Source: an uncultured Chloroflexia bacterium
Lineage (GTDB): Bacteria; Chloroflexota; Limnocylindria; Limnocylindrales; CSP1-4
Reading direction: 5' to 3'
DNA length: 64,000 nucleotides
Assembly (NCBI GenBank): GCA_963766655.1
Contig: CAVYBB010000002.1
Coordinates: 300,300 to 364,299, forward strand
The notes under the pieces are model-generated. The model saw nothing but the letters and a program-made list of their open reading frames with translations, had not been told where the DNA came from and made no database searches. This document shows, piece by piece, positions 1 through 10,886 of this stretch. The translations under genes and the position numbers were made by a program. Position 1 is the first letter of the stretch. The number at the start of each line of letters is the position of its first letter.

Positions 1-867
1 CTCCTGACCGCGGAACAGGAGCACGTCTTCCGGATCGAGCGGCTCAGCGCGCAGCTCGAGGGGCTGGTCGGCAAGGAGCCCACGGAGACCCTGCCGGGCC
101 TGCGCGACTCCGCCGCGCTCGAAGTCGAGCAGAAGACCCATGCGCTCGAGGCCCTCGGGCCGATCGCCCGCGAACCGCGGGCACGCGAGCGGCTCGAGGT
201 CGAGGTGCGCGATCTCGAGGCGTCACGCGAGCGCGCCCGCGACGACGAGGCGAACGCCCGGGCGAGGGTCGACTCCAACATGATCGACGCCGAGGCGGTC
301 GCCGCCCACGCCGAGCGGCTCGCCAGCTGGCAGGAGCAGCTCGCCGCCCTCCAGCGTCGCGCTCGGGTCTACGAGCGCACGCTCCGTGAGATCGAACACG
401 CGGAGCAGGCGACGATGAAGTCCGCGACCCGCTACCTCGAGCGGAAGATGGTCGCGGACATCGAGCGCGTCACCGACGGCCGCTACCGGCGGGTCGCGGT
501 CGACGACAAGACCCTCGATATCAGGCTCCACGCGCCGGAACGCGGTGACTGGGTCGACGTCACGTCGCTCAGCCAGGGCACGCTCGATCTCGTCTACCTC
601 GTCGCCCGGATCGGGCTCGTCCGCCTCGTCACCGGCGACCGGCGGCCGCCGCTCATCCTCGACGATCCGTTCGTGACCATCGACGACGCCCGCGCCGCCA
701 GGGCGCTCGACCTGCTCCGCGACGTCGCCCGCGACTTCCAGGTCATCTACCTGACGACCTCCGATCGCTACGACAGCGTGGCCGACGCGGTCGTGCCCCT
801 TGCCGGCCCGACGGAGGTCGACGATCTCGCCGACGCTGCCCCCGCCCAGGGTGTCGCCCACGGCTGA
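1..867 (+). CDS. AAA/SbcC-like ATPase, C-terminal part (5' end is outside the window)
   Basis: The frame is open from position 1. C-terminal motifs LSQGTLDLVYL (ABC/SMC signature-like) and LILDDPF (Walker B/D-loop) are present, and the coiled-coil-like N-terminal region is rich in E/R/A. Stop codon at 865-867. Confidence 0.55.
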   Translation, partial: LLTAEQEHVFRIERLSAQLEGLVGKEPTETLPGLRDSAALEVEQKTHALEALGPIAREPRARERLEVEVRDLEASRERARDDEANARARVDSNMIDAEAVAAHAERLASWQEQLAALQRRARVYERTLREIEHAEQATMKSATRYLERKMVADIERVTDGRYRRVAVDDKTLDIRLHAPERGDWVDVTSLSQGTLDLVYLVARIGLVRLVTGDRRPPLILDDPFVTIDDARAARALDLLRDVARDFQVIYLTTSDRYDSVADAVVPLAGPTEVDDLADAAPAQGVAHG

Positions 868-895
868 GCTGTTCGGGCCGGGCTCGGCCGTCGTC

Positions 896-1726
896 GTGTT
901 CGGTCTCGGCTCCGCGATCGCCTGGGGGGCGGGCGACTTCGGTGGCGGCTGGGCGAGCCGGCGCGGACCCGTCCTGGGTGTGTCGCTCGCGGTCCAGGTC
1001 GTCGGCGTCCTGTTGTCCATCGCGCTCGCCATGGTCGCCAGGGAGCCGATCCCGGGTCCGTCGGCGCTCGTGATCTCGGTCGCCGCCGGGGTCGCCGTCA
1101 CGGTCGGGATCGTCGGGCTGTACCACGGCCTCGCCGTCGGCCGGATGGGCGTTGTTGCGCCGGTCACCGGCCTGCTGGCCGCGGTCCTGCCGGTCGTCGC
1201 GGGGATCCTCCGGGACGGGCCGCCCCCGGCCCCGGTCCTCGTCGGGATTGCCCTCGCGCTCGTCGCGGTGGTGCTCGTCTCGCGGGTGCCCGGGACCGAC
1301 GGCTCACGGTCGGGCATCGAGCTCGCGCTCGTGGCCGGGACGGGCATCGGGGCCTTCAACATCCTCATCGGCGCCCTGCCGGACGGCGAGGTCTTCGGCC
1401 CGCTGGTCGCGGTCAAGGTCACGGCGATGGCCGTGATCGTGGCGGTCCTCATCGCGGGCCGGCGGGCATGGCGGATGCCGAGGCGCGTCGTGCCGGTGGC
1501 GCTGGTGGGTGGGCTGTTCGACATGGCCGGCAACGCGTTCTACGTCCTCGCCACCCAGGCCGGCCGGCTCGATGTCGCGGCCACGCTCTCGTCGCTCTAC
1601 CCGGTGACGACGATCCTCCTCGCGATGGCGCTCCTGGGCGAGCGGGTGACGCGCAGCCACGCGCTCGGGATCGCGGCCGCGGTGGCCGCGATCGTGCTCA
1701 TCGGCGCGGGCTCCGGCGGCGCCTGA
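896..1726 (+). CDS. EamA/DMT-family transporter
   Basis: Roughly ten hydrophobic helices and Gly-rich loops typical of the DMT superfamily. GTG at 896 is the first start after the upstream stop; the ORF-track N-terminal extension overlaps the previous gene. Confidence 0.6.
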   Translation: MFGLGSAIAWGAGDFGGGWASRRGPVLGVSLAVQVVGVLLSIALAMVAREPIPGPSALVISVAAGVAVTVGIVGLYHGLAVGRMGVVAPVTGLLAAVLPVVAGILRDGPPPAPVLVGIALALVAVVLVSRVPGTDGSRSGIELALVAGTGIGAFNILIGALPDGEVFGPLVAVKVTAMAVIVAVLIAGRRAWRMPRRVVPVALVGGLFDMAGNAFYVLATQAGRLDVAATLSSLYPVTTILLAMALLGERVTRSHALGIAAAVAAIVLIGAGSGGA

Positions 1727-1732
1727 ACCGGC

Positions 1733-4700
1733 TCAATCCGCGAGGCCGAGCCTCACCGCGACGGCCGCCGCCTCCGTCCGGCTCGCGACCCCGAGCTTGC
1801 CGAGGATATTCGACACGTGGACGCCGGCCGTGCTCTCGCTGATGAACAGGGCGTCCGCGATACGCCTGTTGGTATGGCCCGCCGCGACGAGCGTCAGGAC
1901 CTCCCGTTCGCGGGCCGTCAGCCCGAACGGGTCGGCCGGAGCCGCGTCCGGCTCGACGGTGGTTGGCTGTTCGCCCGATGCCGTCCCGCCGTCCGCGGGA
2001 CGGCCCGGGAGTGTCAGGCGTGCCCGCCGCGCGAGCCCATCGATCGAATCGCGCAGCGGCGCCGCCCCGAGGGACTCGGCGATCGCCCGCGCCTCGGCCA
2101 GCCGGGCGACGGCCTCGGGACGTCCGGACGCGGCCGCGAGCATGGCCTCGGCCTCGCGATACCTCGCATAGGCGAGACGGTACGGCCTGCCGAGCGTGGC
2201 CCACTGGTCGGCGGCCCTGGCCCACGCGGCGCCCTCGCCGGTCGATCCTTCCGCGCGGGCTGCCTCGGCGGCTGCGGTCGCCGAGAAGCCGATCGGCTCA
2301 CCGGCGGATGGGCTCGCCGGGTCGAGCGCGGCGATGCTCGCTGCCGCCCCGTCCGCGACCCGTCGGGCATCGGCGACCGCGATGTCCCGCTCGGCATCTC
2401 GATGGGCCGCCGCCGCCGCGAGTGCCCGGTCCGCCGCGGCATGGGCGGCAACAGCCTGCAGGGACGTGTCGAGCCAGGCGTCGTCGGTCTCTGCCAGACG
2501 TGCCATCCCCTCTGTCGCTGCGGCCCACGCGTCGTCGAGGCGGCCCTCCTGGAGAGCCAGCTCGATGATCCCGACGAAGATCGGCGATGTGAACTGAGCA
2601 TCTCGGAACGCAGCGGTTCGCTCGGCAGCGTCGTCCAGGACGGGCCGGGCCAGATCGAAATCGCCCATCCGGACGGCGAGCGGCCCGGCATTGACGGCGT
2701 AGTTGAGGATCGCGACGCCCTGCGGGCCCTCCTCCCAGGTCCGGGCCAGCAGGTCTCGGGCCTCGTGCCAGCGGCCGCTGTCGATCAACACGGACGCGCG
2801 GTTGCCGTCGTGGAACGCACCGTAGGTTCGCCAGACCCCGTTTCGTCGGGCCCACTCCGAGCCCTCACGCGCGATCTCGGCCGACTCATCGGCGCGACCG
2901 CAGATCTGGAGGACCGTCGAGAAGTTGCCGTAGGCCCGGCCCAGATCGTGGAGATCGTTGAGCACCTTCGTCCGATCGAATGCCTCGCGCGCGATCTCGA
3001 TCCCCCGGGCGCAGTCGCCGAGCTGGGCGATCGCGACGCCGAGGGTGTTGAGCGCATAGAGCTCCGCCTGCTCGGCGCCGACCGCCCGAGCGACCTCGAT
3101 CGCCTCCGTCGTCACCGCGACGGCGCGGTGGTTGTGGCCGCGCAGGAGGAGCATCGAGCCATAGCCGCTGAGGACCCTGGCGACCGTCGGTGACGGCGGC
3201 TGGCCGTCGAGCAGCGCCACCGCCTCGGCGGAGTGGCGCAGCCCGCTTTCCATGTCTCCATTGACCCATGACGTCCGGCCGAATCGCTCGAGGAGCATTG
3301 CGGCTCGGACGGGATCCTCGGCCGGATCGCTGAGCTCGACGGCCCGGCGCGCTGCATCGACGGCGCCGGTCATCTCCCCGGCGAGCATCCGGGCAAGCGA
3401 GAGCTCGTAGAAGAGCTGGATCTGGTCGACGCTGGTCGGCCGATCGTCGAGCGGCACGGCGTCCCAGAGGTCCAACGCCCGCTCGAGGCTTCGGGCGGCG
3501 GCCGGGAATGCGTAGGCCTCGACGCTCGCCCGGCCCGCGGCGACCCACGCCTCGAGCGCTGCGGCAAGGTCGTGCGACGCGGATGCATGATGGGCGAGCG
3601 CCGCCAGATGGCCGGCTCCGGTGGCGCCATCCAGGACGGGTCGCTCGCGGAGAGCCGCCGCGTAGGTCGCGTGGTAGCGGCGCCGCTCGGTCGGCAGGAG
3701 GTCGTCGTAGACCGCCTCCTGGAGCAGCGCGTGGCGGAACGCGTATTCGGCGGTCGGACCGTCTGCCGTTGCCACGACGATTCCAGCAGCCACCGCCTCC
3801 CGCATCGCCGCCTCGAGGCCCTCGTCGTCGGTGGCGGCAACGTCGCGCAGGAGGTCGTGCTCGACGGATCTGCCCGCGACGGCGGCGACGCCCAGGAGCG
3901 TGGCGACCTCGTCCGGCAGGGCGGCGACACGGCTGAGCACGACCTCGCGGAGGTCGGACGGCATGCGATCGTGGGGCTGCGTCGCCCCGGCCGCGAGGAG
4001 CTCCTCGACGTAGAACGGATTGCCCTCGGAGCGGCTGGATATTGCCCGAAGGAGCGCGTCGTCCGGCGGGAGCGCCTGGATGGCCTCGACCAGGTCGGCC
4101 AGGGCGACGGTGCCGAGGCGTTCGAGCGTCAGCCGATCGACCCGCGCCGTCCGTTCCATCTCCGCGAGCCACGGGCGGATGGGGTGGCGTCGGTGGATCT
4201 CGTCGGTCCGGTACGTGGCGACGACGAGCAGGCGCTCGGTCCGGGAGGTCCTGGCGATGAATGCGAGCACGTCCCGTGTCGAGCGATCGGCCCAGTGCAG
4301 GTCCTCCACGACGAGAAGCACGGGCTGGCGCTCGCCGAGCCGGTGGAGGACGCCAAGGACCGCCTCCAGCATGCGGGCCTGGACCCAGTCCGGCCGCGTT
4401 CCAGCGTCGCTGGCGTCGATCGTGCCGCCGAGCTCGGGAACCAGGCGGGCGAGCGCCGCACCGGCGGAGCCCACGACGTCGCGGACCGCATCCGGGGGCA
4501 GCTGACGGGCCAGTGCCCGCAGCGCATCCGCGATCGGAGCGAGCGGCAGTCCCTCGTCGTCGCCGAGGCTGATCGAGGCCCCCTCGAGGACAATGCCGCC
4601 TTCCTCGCGGACCGCCCGGCCTAGCTCGGCGACGAGGCGGCTCTTGCCGATCCCTGCCTCACCGCCGACGAGGACGGTCGATGGTCGTCCGGCGGAGGCC

Positions 4701-4777
4701 TCCTCCCAGGCGGCGAGCAGGGCGCGCAACTCTGCCTCGCGGCCGATGAGGACAGGGCTGGAAACGCGCGTCGCCAT
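1733..4777 (-). CDS. Large ATP-binding LuxR-family (LAL) transcriptional regulator
   Basis: N-terminal P-loop [14 protein letters not shown], a long TPR-like middle region, and a C-terminal LuxR HTH ([42 protein letters not shown]). Start chosen at MATRV; 4789 or 4834 are alternatives. Confidence 0.75.
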   Translation of the reverse strand: MATRVSSPVLIGREAELRALLAAWEEASAGRPSTVLVGGEAGIGKSRLVAELGRAVREEGGIVLEGASISLGDDEGLPLAPIADALRALARQLPPDAVRDVVGSAGAALARLVPELGGTIDASDAGTRPDWVQARMLEAVLGVLHRLGERQPVLLVVEDLHWADRSTRDVLAFIARTSRTERLLVVATYRTDEIHRRHPIRPWLAEMERTARVDRLTLERLGTVALADLVEAIQALPPDDALLRAISSRSEGNPFYVEELLAAGATQPHDRMPSDLREVVLSRVAALPDEVATLLGVAAVAGRSVEHDLLRDVAATDDEGLEAAMREAVAAGIVVATADGPTAEYAFRHALLQEAVYDDLLPTERRRYHATYAAALRERPVLDGATGAGHLAALAHHASASHDLAAALEAWVAAGRASVEAYAFPAAARSLERALDLWDAVPLDDRPTSVDQIQLFYELSLARMLAGEMTGAVDAARRAVELSDPAEDPVRAAMLLERFGRTSWVNGDMESGLRHSAEAVALLDGQPPSPTVARVLSGYGSMLLLRGHNHRAVAVTTEAIEVARAVGAEQAELYALNTLGVAIAQLGDCARGIEIAREAFDRTKVLNDLHDLGRAYGNFSTVLQICGRADESAEIAREGSEWARRNGVWRTYGAFHDGNRASVLIDSGRWHEARDLLARTWEEGPQGVAILNYAVNAGPLAVRMGDFDLARPVLDDAAERTAAFRDAQFTSPIFVGIIELALQEGRLDDAWAAATEGMARLAETDDAWLDTSLQAVAAHAAADRALAAAAAHRDAERDIAVADARRVADGAAASIAALDPASPSAGEPIGFSATAAAEAARAEGSTGEGAAWARAADQWATLGRPYRLAYARYREAEAMLAAASGRPEAVARLAEARAIAESLGAAPLRDSIDGLARRARLTLPGRPADGGTASGEQPTTVEPDAAPADPFGLTAREREVLTLVAAGHTNRRIADALFISESTAGVHVSNILGKLGVASRTEAAAVAVRLGLAD

Positions 4778-4859
4778 GCGGCCGATCATAGGCAGCACAT
4801 CGCTTTGCGGTATCACGAACGAGCCGGGCGGCATCCGTCGCGCCGGGATGGTCGCGGTC

Positions 4860-5037
4860 CTACGCGCCTACCGCGCCGATCAGCCGGCGCCATGCGCCGA
4901 GCGTCCGCGGGATCCGGGCGGTCGGGTTCGGCGAGCCGACCCGATCCTGGTTGCCACGGGCGAGCCGCTCGGAGGCGGCGGCATTGCGGAGATCCTGCTG
5001 GTGGAAGTTGGCGATCTGGCGGCGGGTCTCGGGATCC
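4860..5037 (-). CDS. Small hypothetical protein (59 aa) upstream of the LAL regulator
   Basis: ATG is preceded by GAAAGGAACGAACG (an SD-like AAGGAA 6 nt upstream). The protein is Arg-rich and has no recognisable domain; the ORF could be a chance product of high GC. Confidence 0.25.
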
Positions 5038-5230
5038 ATCGTTCGTTCCTTTCGGTCGACTGGTTGGCTGTTCGATGGGTCCATCCTCGACTCGATCCGC
5101 CCGTCCGCCATCGCCCGATCGCCCGATCCTCGCCGCCGTCCACCCTTCATTCTTGACCCTTCCTCGACGCACGGACCCGTTCAGCGCCTTTAGATGGCGC
5201 GGTCCCGATGGCGCCGGGACGGCGGCACCT

Positions 5231-5764
5231 TTAGACGCCGCGAGAGCGCAGCCGCTCGATGACGACGGCGTCGACCTCGGCGATCGACCGCAGGACGTGG
5301 ACCGCCGCGAAGCCCTCGCCCGCCAGGCCCGTCCCGGCGAGGGCGGCCGTCAGGCGCTCACGGTGTCTCTCGACGATCGCCGCGGGGACGACCCGCCCGC
5401 TACGCGCCGCGTTCCGCGCGTGGACGGCAGCCGCGGGCAGGGCGAGGACGATGGCGATCGCCGGGACGCCGGCGGACCGGGCGCGGGCGAGGAGAGCCCG
5501 ACGAGCGTGGGCTTCGACGTTGGTGGCGTCGACGACCACCAGCCGGCCGGCCGCCAGGCGACGCGTGACCTCGCGATGAAGGATGGAGAACGCCGTCCGC
5601 GTCACGCCCTGGTCCGCCTCATCACCGCTGAGCAGACCGCGAAACGCGTCGGATGAGAGGATCTCCGCCGCGTCGAAGTGGCGGGCCGCGAACGTCGTCT
5701 TCCCGGCACCGGCGGCCCCGACCAGGACGATGAGCGCCGGATCGGCGACGCGGATCGTCGTCAC
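5231..5764 (-). CDS. P-loop kinase, AAA_33/zeta-toxin/PNK-like ATP-binding protein
   Basis: Walker A LVGAAGAGKTTFA and a VVDATN motif. GTG start at VTTIRV; the longer ORF-track N-terminus overlaps the neighbouring gene. Confidence 0.55.
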   Translation of the reverse strand: MTTIRVADPALIVLVGAAGAGKTTFAARHFDAAEILSSDAFRGLLSGDEADQGVTRTAFSILHREVTRRLAAGRLVVVDATNVEAHARRALLARARSAGVPAIAIVLALPAAAVHARNAARSGRVVPAAIVERHRERLTAALAGTGLAGEGFAAVHVLRSIAEVDAVVIERLRSRGV

Positions 5765-5792
5765 GCCGCCCCGCCGTCGCGTCGGGTCCGAC

Positions 5793-6326
5793 CTATGCGG
5801 CCGACCCGGCGCTTCCCACGGCCGACCGGCCGCGACCCGCGGACTGTCCGCCGCCGGCCGCACCGCCCCCGCTGCCCGATCGAACGGCGTCTGCCTCGGC
5901 GACGCGCTTGAGCTCAACGTAGGTCCCGGCGAAGGCGGCCTGGAGCCGGCTGCCGGTCAGCATTCCGAGCAGGCTTCCGACGATCTCGCCCGGAAGCTCG
6001 TACTCGAGCGTGACACGCAGGTTCGTGCCGCCATCGGCCGGCTCGATGAACGTGGTCCAGCGGGCCCAGCCGCCGCGTGCGGTCCCGGCCGACTGGTAGA
6101 TCCTGGGACGCTCGGCCGCCGTGACCACGAATCGACCCTCGATCCGCCGACCTGCGATCTGGTAATAGCCGGTATAGCTCGACCCGATGCCGTCGGGCCG
6201 CCCGGAGATCTCACCCAGCTCGACGAGGACCTTCTGCCACTCGGGACCCCGCGACGGGTCCGCGATGAGATCGAAGACGATCTCGGGCGATGCCTCCACG
6301 TGCAGCGTGGTCGACAGGTGGCTCAC
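5793..6326 (-). CDS. SRPBCC-family (polyketide cyclase/dehydrase-like) protein with a Gly-rich C-terminal tail
   Basis: SRPBCC-like N-terminus VSHLSTTLHVEASPEIVFDLIADPSRGPEWQ. GTG start at 6326. C-terminal low-complexity run GSGGGAAGGGQSAGRG. Confidence 0.5.
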   Translation of the reverse strand: MSHLSTTLHVEASPEIVFDLIADPSRGPEWQKVLVELGEISGRPDGIGSSYTGYYQIAGRRIEGRFVVTAAERPRIYQSAGTARGGWARWTTFIEPADGGTNLRVTLEYELPGEIVGSLLGMLTGSRLQAAFAGTYVELKRVAEADAVRSGSGGGAAGGGQSAGRGRSAVGSAGSAA

Positions 6327-6388
6327 AGTCGTTCCCCCCAACCGATGCGCGTTCAGTCCCCAATCCGCGCCCGGATGCAGATCGTACG

Positions 6389-7255
6389 TCACCGGGCGGC
6401 GCGGCGCACCTCCCAACCGCCGCCGGATTCCGCACTGCGCACCTCGTAGGCGGGCTGGTCGTACACCGCCGGCCCGCGGACCACGTGGCCGTTCGCGAGG
6501 CGGAAGCGCGAGCCATGCCAGGGGCATTGGATGCAGCCGTCGACGAGCGTTCCCTCCGCCAGCGGCCCGCCTGCGTGGGCGCACGTCTCGTGGAGCGCGA
6601 GGATCGTGTCGCCGGTACGGACCAGGATGATCGTGTTCACGCCGGCCTTGGCCTTCGTCGGGCCGCCTTCCGGGATGTCCGGCAGGTCGCCGAGGTCGAG
6701 CGCGACCCACTTCGTGCCGGCGCCCCGCCAGGCGTGGCGATTGACCTGGGTGCCGATGAGATAGACGAGGTCGCCGCCGATCGCGGCACCGGCCCCGATC
6801 ACCAGGTAGCCGATGACGAGGAGGACGAAGGGGGCCGAACGATCAACCGGGTTGCCGGCCCGGGTGATGAGTGAGATCGCGAACAGGACGAGGGCCGTCG
6901 TCATCACGACGGCGTGGACGGTCGCCCGCATCCGGGCCGTGCCGTCCGTATCGGTGTAGTCGGCGAGTCCGGTGATCGCTGCGGCGATGATCGACAGGAC
7001 GGCGACGAGGAGGGCGACGTCGGCGGCAACCCGCTGGCCGACGACGTCGAGGACGAGCGCGATGGTCAGTGCCCCGATCGGGACGTCGGTCAGGGCCGAG
7101 TGAACCGGGTGGCCCAGCCACGTGCCGTTGAAGAGGTCCTTGACCGGCCGGATCGGGCCGAAGAGGGCCGACAGCCAGCGGTGGTTGAAGTCGCCGAAGG
7201 GCCTGGCCCATCGGGCCTGGGCGTCGACGATCCGGGTGACGAGACGACCGATCAT
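6389..7255 (-). CDS. Rieske [2Fe-2S] domain fused to a DUF2231-like membrane domain
   Basis: C-terminal Rieske motifs CAHAGGPL and CIQCPWHGSRF. The N-terminal half has 4-5 transmembrane helices. Start at MIGRLVTRIV. Confidence 0.6.
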   Translation of the reverse strand: MIGRLVTRIVDAQARWARPFGDFNHRWLSALFGPIRPVKDLFNGTWLGHPVHSALTDVPIGALTIALVLDVVGQRVAADVALLVAVLSIIAAAITGLADYTDTDGTARMRATVHAVVMTTALVLFAISLITRAGNPVDRSAPFVLLVIGYLVIGAGAAIGGDLVYLIGTQVNRHAWRGAGTKWVALDLGDLPDIPEGGPTKAKAGVNTIILVRTGDTILALHETCAHAGGPLAEGTLVDGCIQCPWHGSRFRLANGHVVRGPAVYDQPAYEVRSAESGGGWEVRRAAR

Positions 7256-7329
7256 CGGTGACCTCCTCCTCGCCGAGTCTACGTCGGGGACGCCGCGACG
7301 GATGTTCCAAAGCCGTACGCTTCGTCGCC

Positions 7330-8595
7330 ATGTCATTGCAGTCCCGACCGGCCGACCCGCCCCCCGACCGAGACGTTGGTCGCCGGGACTGGTGGATCAT
7401 CGTCGCGATCTTCTGGCTGACTTCGATGGTGGAGGGGCTCGGCGTGAGCCAGGTCTTCGCCTTCGTCCCCTCCTACCTGCGCGAGATGGGAGTCGCCCAG
7501 GCGGATCGCCTGCCCTTCGTGGGGCTGTTCGGATCGCTGATCTTCGTCGTCGGGGCGCCGTTCGTCCCACTCTGGGGCGTCTGGGCGGACAAGTACAGCC
7601 GCAAGGCGGTGATCGTCCGGAGCGCGCTCGTCGAGGCGGTCGTCTTCGCCTGCGTCGCTCTCTCGCGTGAGCCGTGGCAGCTCGCGCTCAGCATGCTGCT
7701 CATCGGACTCCAGCTCGGCAACACGGGGGTGATGCTGGCCGGCATCCGCGACGTCGTGCCGAGACGCAGGCTGGGGACGATCATCGGGGTCTTCGGGGCG
7801 TCCGGGCCGATCGGGTTCGCGGCCGGGCCGTGGCTCGGGGGGACCCTCATCGATACCTTCGGGTTCTCGATCTCGGGAATGTTCTGGGTCTCGTCCGGCC
7901 TTTCGGTCCTGACTGCGGCGATCGTCTGGTTCGGATCACGCGAGGTCCGCCCTGAGGTCGTTCCGGTCGGGCGGGTCCTCGGCCTCGCCTACGGGGCGGT
8001 TCGAGGCGTGCTTGCCGATCCTGCCGTCCGGCGGATCTTCGCGATCTACGGGGTCGCCTTCCTGGCCAACCAGATGAGCCGGCCGTACCAGCCCGTCGTC
8101 GTCGAGGAGCTCGTCGGGACCGGGCCAGGACTCGCCTCGGCGATCGGGTTCGTCGTCGGGACGGCCGCGCTCGCCGGGGCGGTGACATCGCCGCTGGGTG
8201 GTCTGTTGGGGGACAGGTTCGGGTTCCGGCCGGTTCTCATTGGGTCGTTGCTGGGCGGCGCCGCCGCCCTGCTCGCGGTGACCGTGGCGCCGGGCACCGA
8301 CACCCTGGCGCTTGCCTTTCTCGCCTTCGCCGCGTTCAACGGCACGGTCGGTGCGATGGTCTTCAGCTTGCTCGCGACCGAGGTCGCGCCGGAACGCCGG
8401 TCGGCGACGCTCAACCTCGTCTACCTGCCGCTGTACGCGGCCGGGGTCGTGGGGCCCGCGATGGGAGCCGGGGTCGCCGCGATCGCCGGAGTGAACGGCC
8501 CGTTCTGGCTCGGTGCGGCCGTGTTCCTCGCGGGCGCCGTCGTCGTCGCGCTGCGGGTCAGGCCCCGGCCGGCCGCGGCTCCGATCGGGCCCTGA
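7330..8595 (+). CDS. MFS transporter
   Basis: Twelve predicted transmembrane helices and an MFS-like loop motif. Start at MSLQSRP, downstream of the divergent Rieske gene. Confidence 0.7.
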   Translation: MSLQSRPADPPPDRDVGRRDWWIIVAIFWLTSMVEGLGVSQVFAFVPSYLREMGVAQADRLPFVGLFGSLIFVVGAPFVPLWGVWADKYSRKAVIVRSALVEAVVFACVALSREPWQLALSMLLIGLQLGNTGVMLAGIRDVVPRRRLGTIIGVFGASGPIGFAAGPWLGGTLIDTFGFSISGMFWVSSGLSVLTAAIVWFGSREVRPEVVPVGRVLGLAYGAVRGVLADPAVRRIFAIYGVAFLANQMSRPYQPVVVEELVGTGPGLASAIGFVVGTAALAGAVTSPLGGLLGDRFGFRPVLIGSLLGGAAALLAVTVAPGTDTLALAFLAFAAFNGTVGAMVFSLLATEVAPERRSATLNLVYLPLYAAGVVGPAMGAGVAAIAGVNGPFWLGAAVFLAGAVVVALRVRPRPAAAPIGP

Positions 8596-9441
8596 GCAGC
8601 GGGACCGCCGCGAGCAGCATCGAGATGCCGCCGTACCAGAGAGCCGGGAGCGCCAGCATCGAGGCAACCGGGACGGTCCAGCGGCGATCCGTTCGGGCTC
8701 CCCAGATCACGAGGGCGGCGGCGGCGGGCAGGCGGATCACGAGCGGGATCGGGACCGATGCCCACGTGCCGCCCTTCCCTGCGTTGTCGACGATCACCTC
8801 GAGCCAACGCGACCATGCGGCCGGCATCGTGGCGTAGGACACGGCGGCGATTGCGACCGTCGCCCCGAGGGCGATCGCAAGGGACCGCCACTCGCCGCGA
8901 ACGACGAACCACAGCAGCCCGATCCCAGGCGTGATCTTCGTCAGCAGGACGAGCGCCCAGGTCGCCGGCCAGCGGAATCCGAGGACGATCGCGACCGCGA
9001 GTAGCAGCGAGATGTTGCCGCCGGCGACCTCCATCGCCGTGAACGGGAAGAGGAGGCCGGCGGCCAGCAGCCTGGGCCCGGTCAGGAATCGGACGGCCCC
9101 GATGAGCAGGGCTGTCCACACCGCCATGAATGCCTGCCACGGGAGCGCGGTGAGGGGCGACACGAGCTGGAGATAGGCGGGCGAGTAGACGTAGGCGATC
9201 GGGTCGTTCCAGGAGGAGTGGAGGTACGGATCGGCAAGCGTCGCCTGGTAGTAGCAGCGGGCATCCTGGCCGGTCCCCCACAGCCGTCCCCACGGTTCGG
9301 CAAAAACGACGATCAGCGCCCAGAGGACGATCGCGACGACGAGGCCGACGATCGGCGGCGTCTCCAGGTCCGCGAGGTGGAATCTCCGGAGGCGGGCACC
9401 GAGACCGGTGGCGCTCGGGGCGCGGGCAAGGTCCGACATCG
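8558..9441 (-). CDS. DUF2029/GT87-family integral membrane glycosyltransferase-like protein
   Basis: Polytopic membrane protein with motifs of the GT87 mannosyltransferase-like family (YYQATLADPYLHSSWNDPIAYVYSPAY). Start chosen at MSDLARAP (9441); the ORF track reads through the upstream repeats as far as 9751. Confidence 0.5.
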
Positions 9442-9449
9442 CCCCGATT

Positions 9450-9740
9450 ATGGCGGGGTGGTCGTTCGCCCCGTTCGCGCCGTTCGTCCCGTTCGCGCCG
9501 GGCGCCCCGTTCCCGCGTCCCGCGCCGGGGCCGCCTCGCGCCATTCGCCCCGTTCCCGCGTCCCGCGCCGGGGCCGCCTCGCGCCATTCGCCCCGTTCCC
9601 GCGTCCCGCGCCGGGACCGTCCCGCCCCCGCTGCCGTCTCGCGCCGCGGCCGTCTCGCGCCGGGGCCGCGTTGCGCCCGCGCCCCCTCGCGCCCGGCGTG
9701 CCCGCCCCGGGGCGCCCGTTCCCAGATTCCCGCCCTGCGG
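9450..9740. repeat. Tandem repeat tract: about 2.5 copies of a 43 bp unit plus 9 bp periodic CCGTTCGCG-like repeats
   Basis: The unit CCCCGTTCCCGCGTCCCGCGCCGGGGCCGCCTCGCGCCATTCG recurs at about 9508, 9551 and (partially) 9594. It is preceded by 9 bp periodic ccgttcgcg/ccgttcgtc/ccgttcccg units. Confidence 0.7.
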
Positions 9741-9956
9741 GCGTTAGACAAGAGGACCGCTTCGATTGGGCCATCCGACGGAGCCCGAACGACACGGAAG
9801 ACTGATTCCGGGATCGATTCTGTCGATCTGATCCGCGCGGACTGTCTATGACCCGCACGACGGGAATCTGGCGACGAACTCCCCCGACTCCCGCGGGCGG
9901 CTCGGCTGCTGGCAAACAGGACGGTGCCCGGATGACGGGATCCGAGGGCTGCGTGG

Positions 9957-10886
9957 TCAGCCCGGGCGCCGGCGCTGGATGATGACGGCCGTCCCGGCGA
10001 GCATCACGACCGCGATCCCTCCCAGGGCGATCGCCTCCCGTGCCTCCACGCTGCGGTACCGCTCGCCCGGGATGACGAGGGCGGCGATCGGGTACTGCGG
10101 GCCCGTCTCGCTGTTCATCAGTTCGGGGTCCATCTCATAGAGCTCGTTCCAGCCGACCAGCCGGCCGTCCGGGAGGCGGAAGAACTGGTCGATGTATCGG
10201 TCCCCGCGCGCGACCTGTGCCTCGTCGACGATGACGGCCTCGCGGGCCGTGTACTGCTCGTGGAGCCTCGCCACCCCGGTCAGCCCGAGAGAGCCGAGGA
10301 TGAGAGCCACGATGATGGTCGGCAGGACGCGCCCGACGACGGCCCCGAGACCGATCGCCCCGGCGGTCATGACGAGGGCCGTGATCGCGACGAGGACGCC
10401 ACGGGCACCGTAGTCGTCGAAGGAGTTCGCCATGTCGACCCCCGGTGTCCGGGCGGCGATGAGCCGGTCGGCCGCGAAACCCGCCGCGAACGTCAGCGCC
10501 ACGACTGCGACGACGACGGGGAGCATCCGTGCCAGGTACCAGCGCAGGCGCGACGGGGAGATCGACCAGGCGAGCCGCGTCGTGCCCCGCTCGATCTCGC
10601 GTGCGATCAGCGGTCCGCCGAGGATGAGCCCGGCCGCGTACGGGAGGATCGCCATGAAGCCGAGGATCGGTGGCACCTCGCTCTCCTCGATGGCGTAGAA
10701 CGCCCGACCCAGCGCCTCGCACGACGCGGGATGCGAGATCGTCAGGTCGGCGCACGGCTCGTAGCCGACAGCGTCAAGCCGGCCCGCAACGACGTACGCC
10801 GCGACGACCAGGACCAGCGTGGCGACAGCGACCGCGACCAGCTCGAAGCGATGCATCCGGAACGTGAGGCGGATCGCCTCGCGCAT
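9957..10886 (-). CDS. ABC-2 family transporter permease
   Basis: Six-TM ABC-2 type permease. Its ATG overlaps the stop of the upstream ATPase gene (TGATG coupling). Confidence 0.6.
   Translation of the reverse strand: MREAIRLTFRMHRFELVAVAVATLVLVVAAYVVAGRLDAVGYEPCADLTISHPASCEALGRAFYAIEESEVPPILGFMAILPYAAGLILGGPLIAREIERGTTRLAWSISPSRLRWYLARMLPVVVAVVALTFAAGFAADRLIAARTPGVDMANSFDDYGARGVLVAITALVMTAGAIGLGAVVGRVLPTIIVALILGSLGLTGVARLHEQYTAREAVIVDEAQVARGDRYIDQFFRLPDGRLVGWNELYEMDPELMNSETGPQYPIAALVIPGERYRSVEAREAIALGGIAVVMLAGTAVIIQRRRPG

Noticed and set aside
223-1533. A 436-aa minus-strand ORF antisense to the SbcC-like and EamA genes
   Set aside because: It has Arg/Pro/Thr-rich low-complexity composition typical of spurious reverse-frame ORFs in ~70% GC DNA, and it overlaps two well-supported genes.
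1817-4624. Multiple long plus-strand ORFs (1817-3193, 3572-4624 and others) opposite the LAL regulator
   Set aside because: They lie antisense to a domain-supported 1000-aa gene, have R/G/P-rich composition and no motifs.
9448-9915. ORFs reading through the 43 bp tandem repeats (9218-9805 plus strand, 9408-9851 plus strand, 9448-9915 minus strand)
   Set aside because: The 43 bp unit is not a multiple of 3, the products are R/G/P-rich, and the region is better explained as non-coding repeat.
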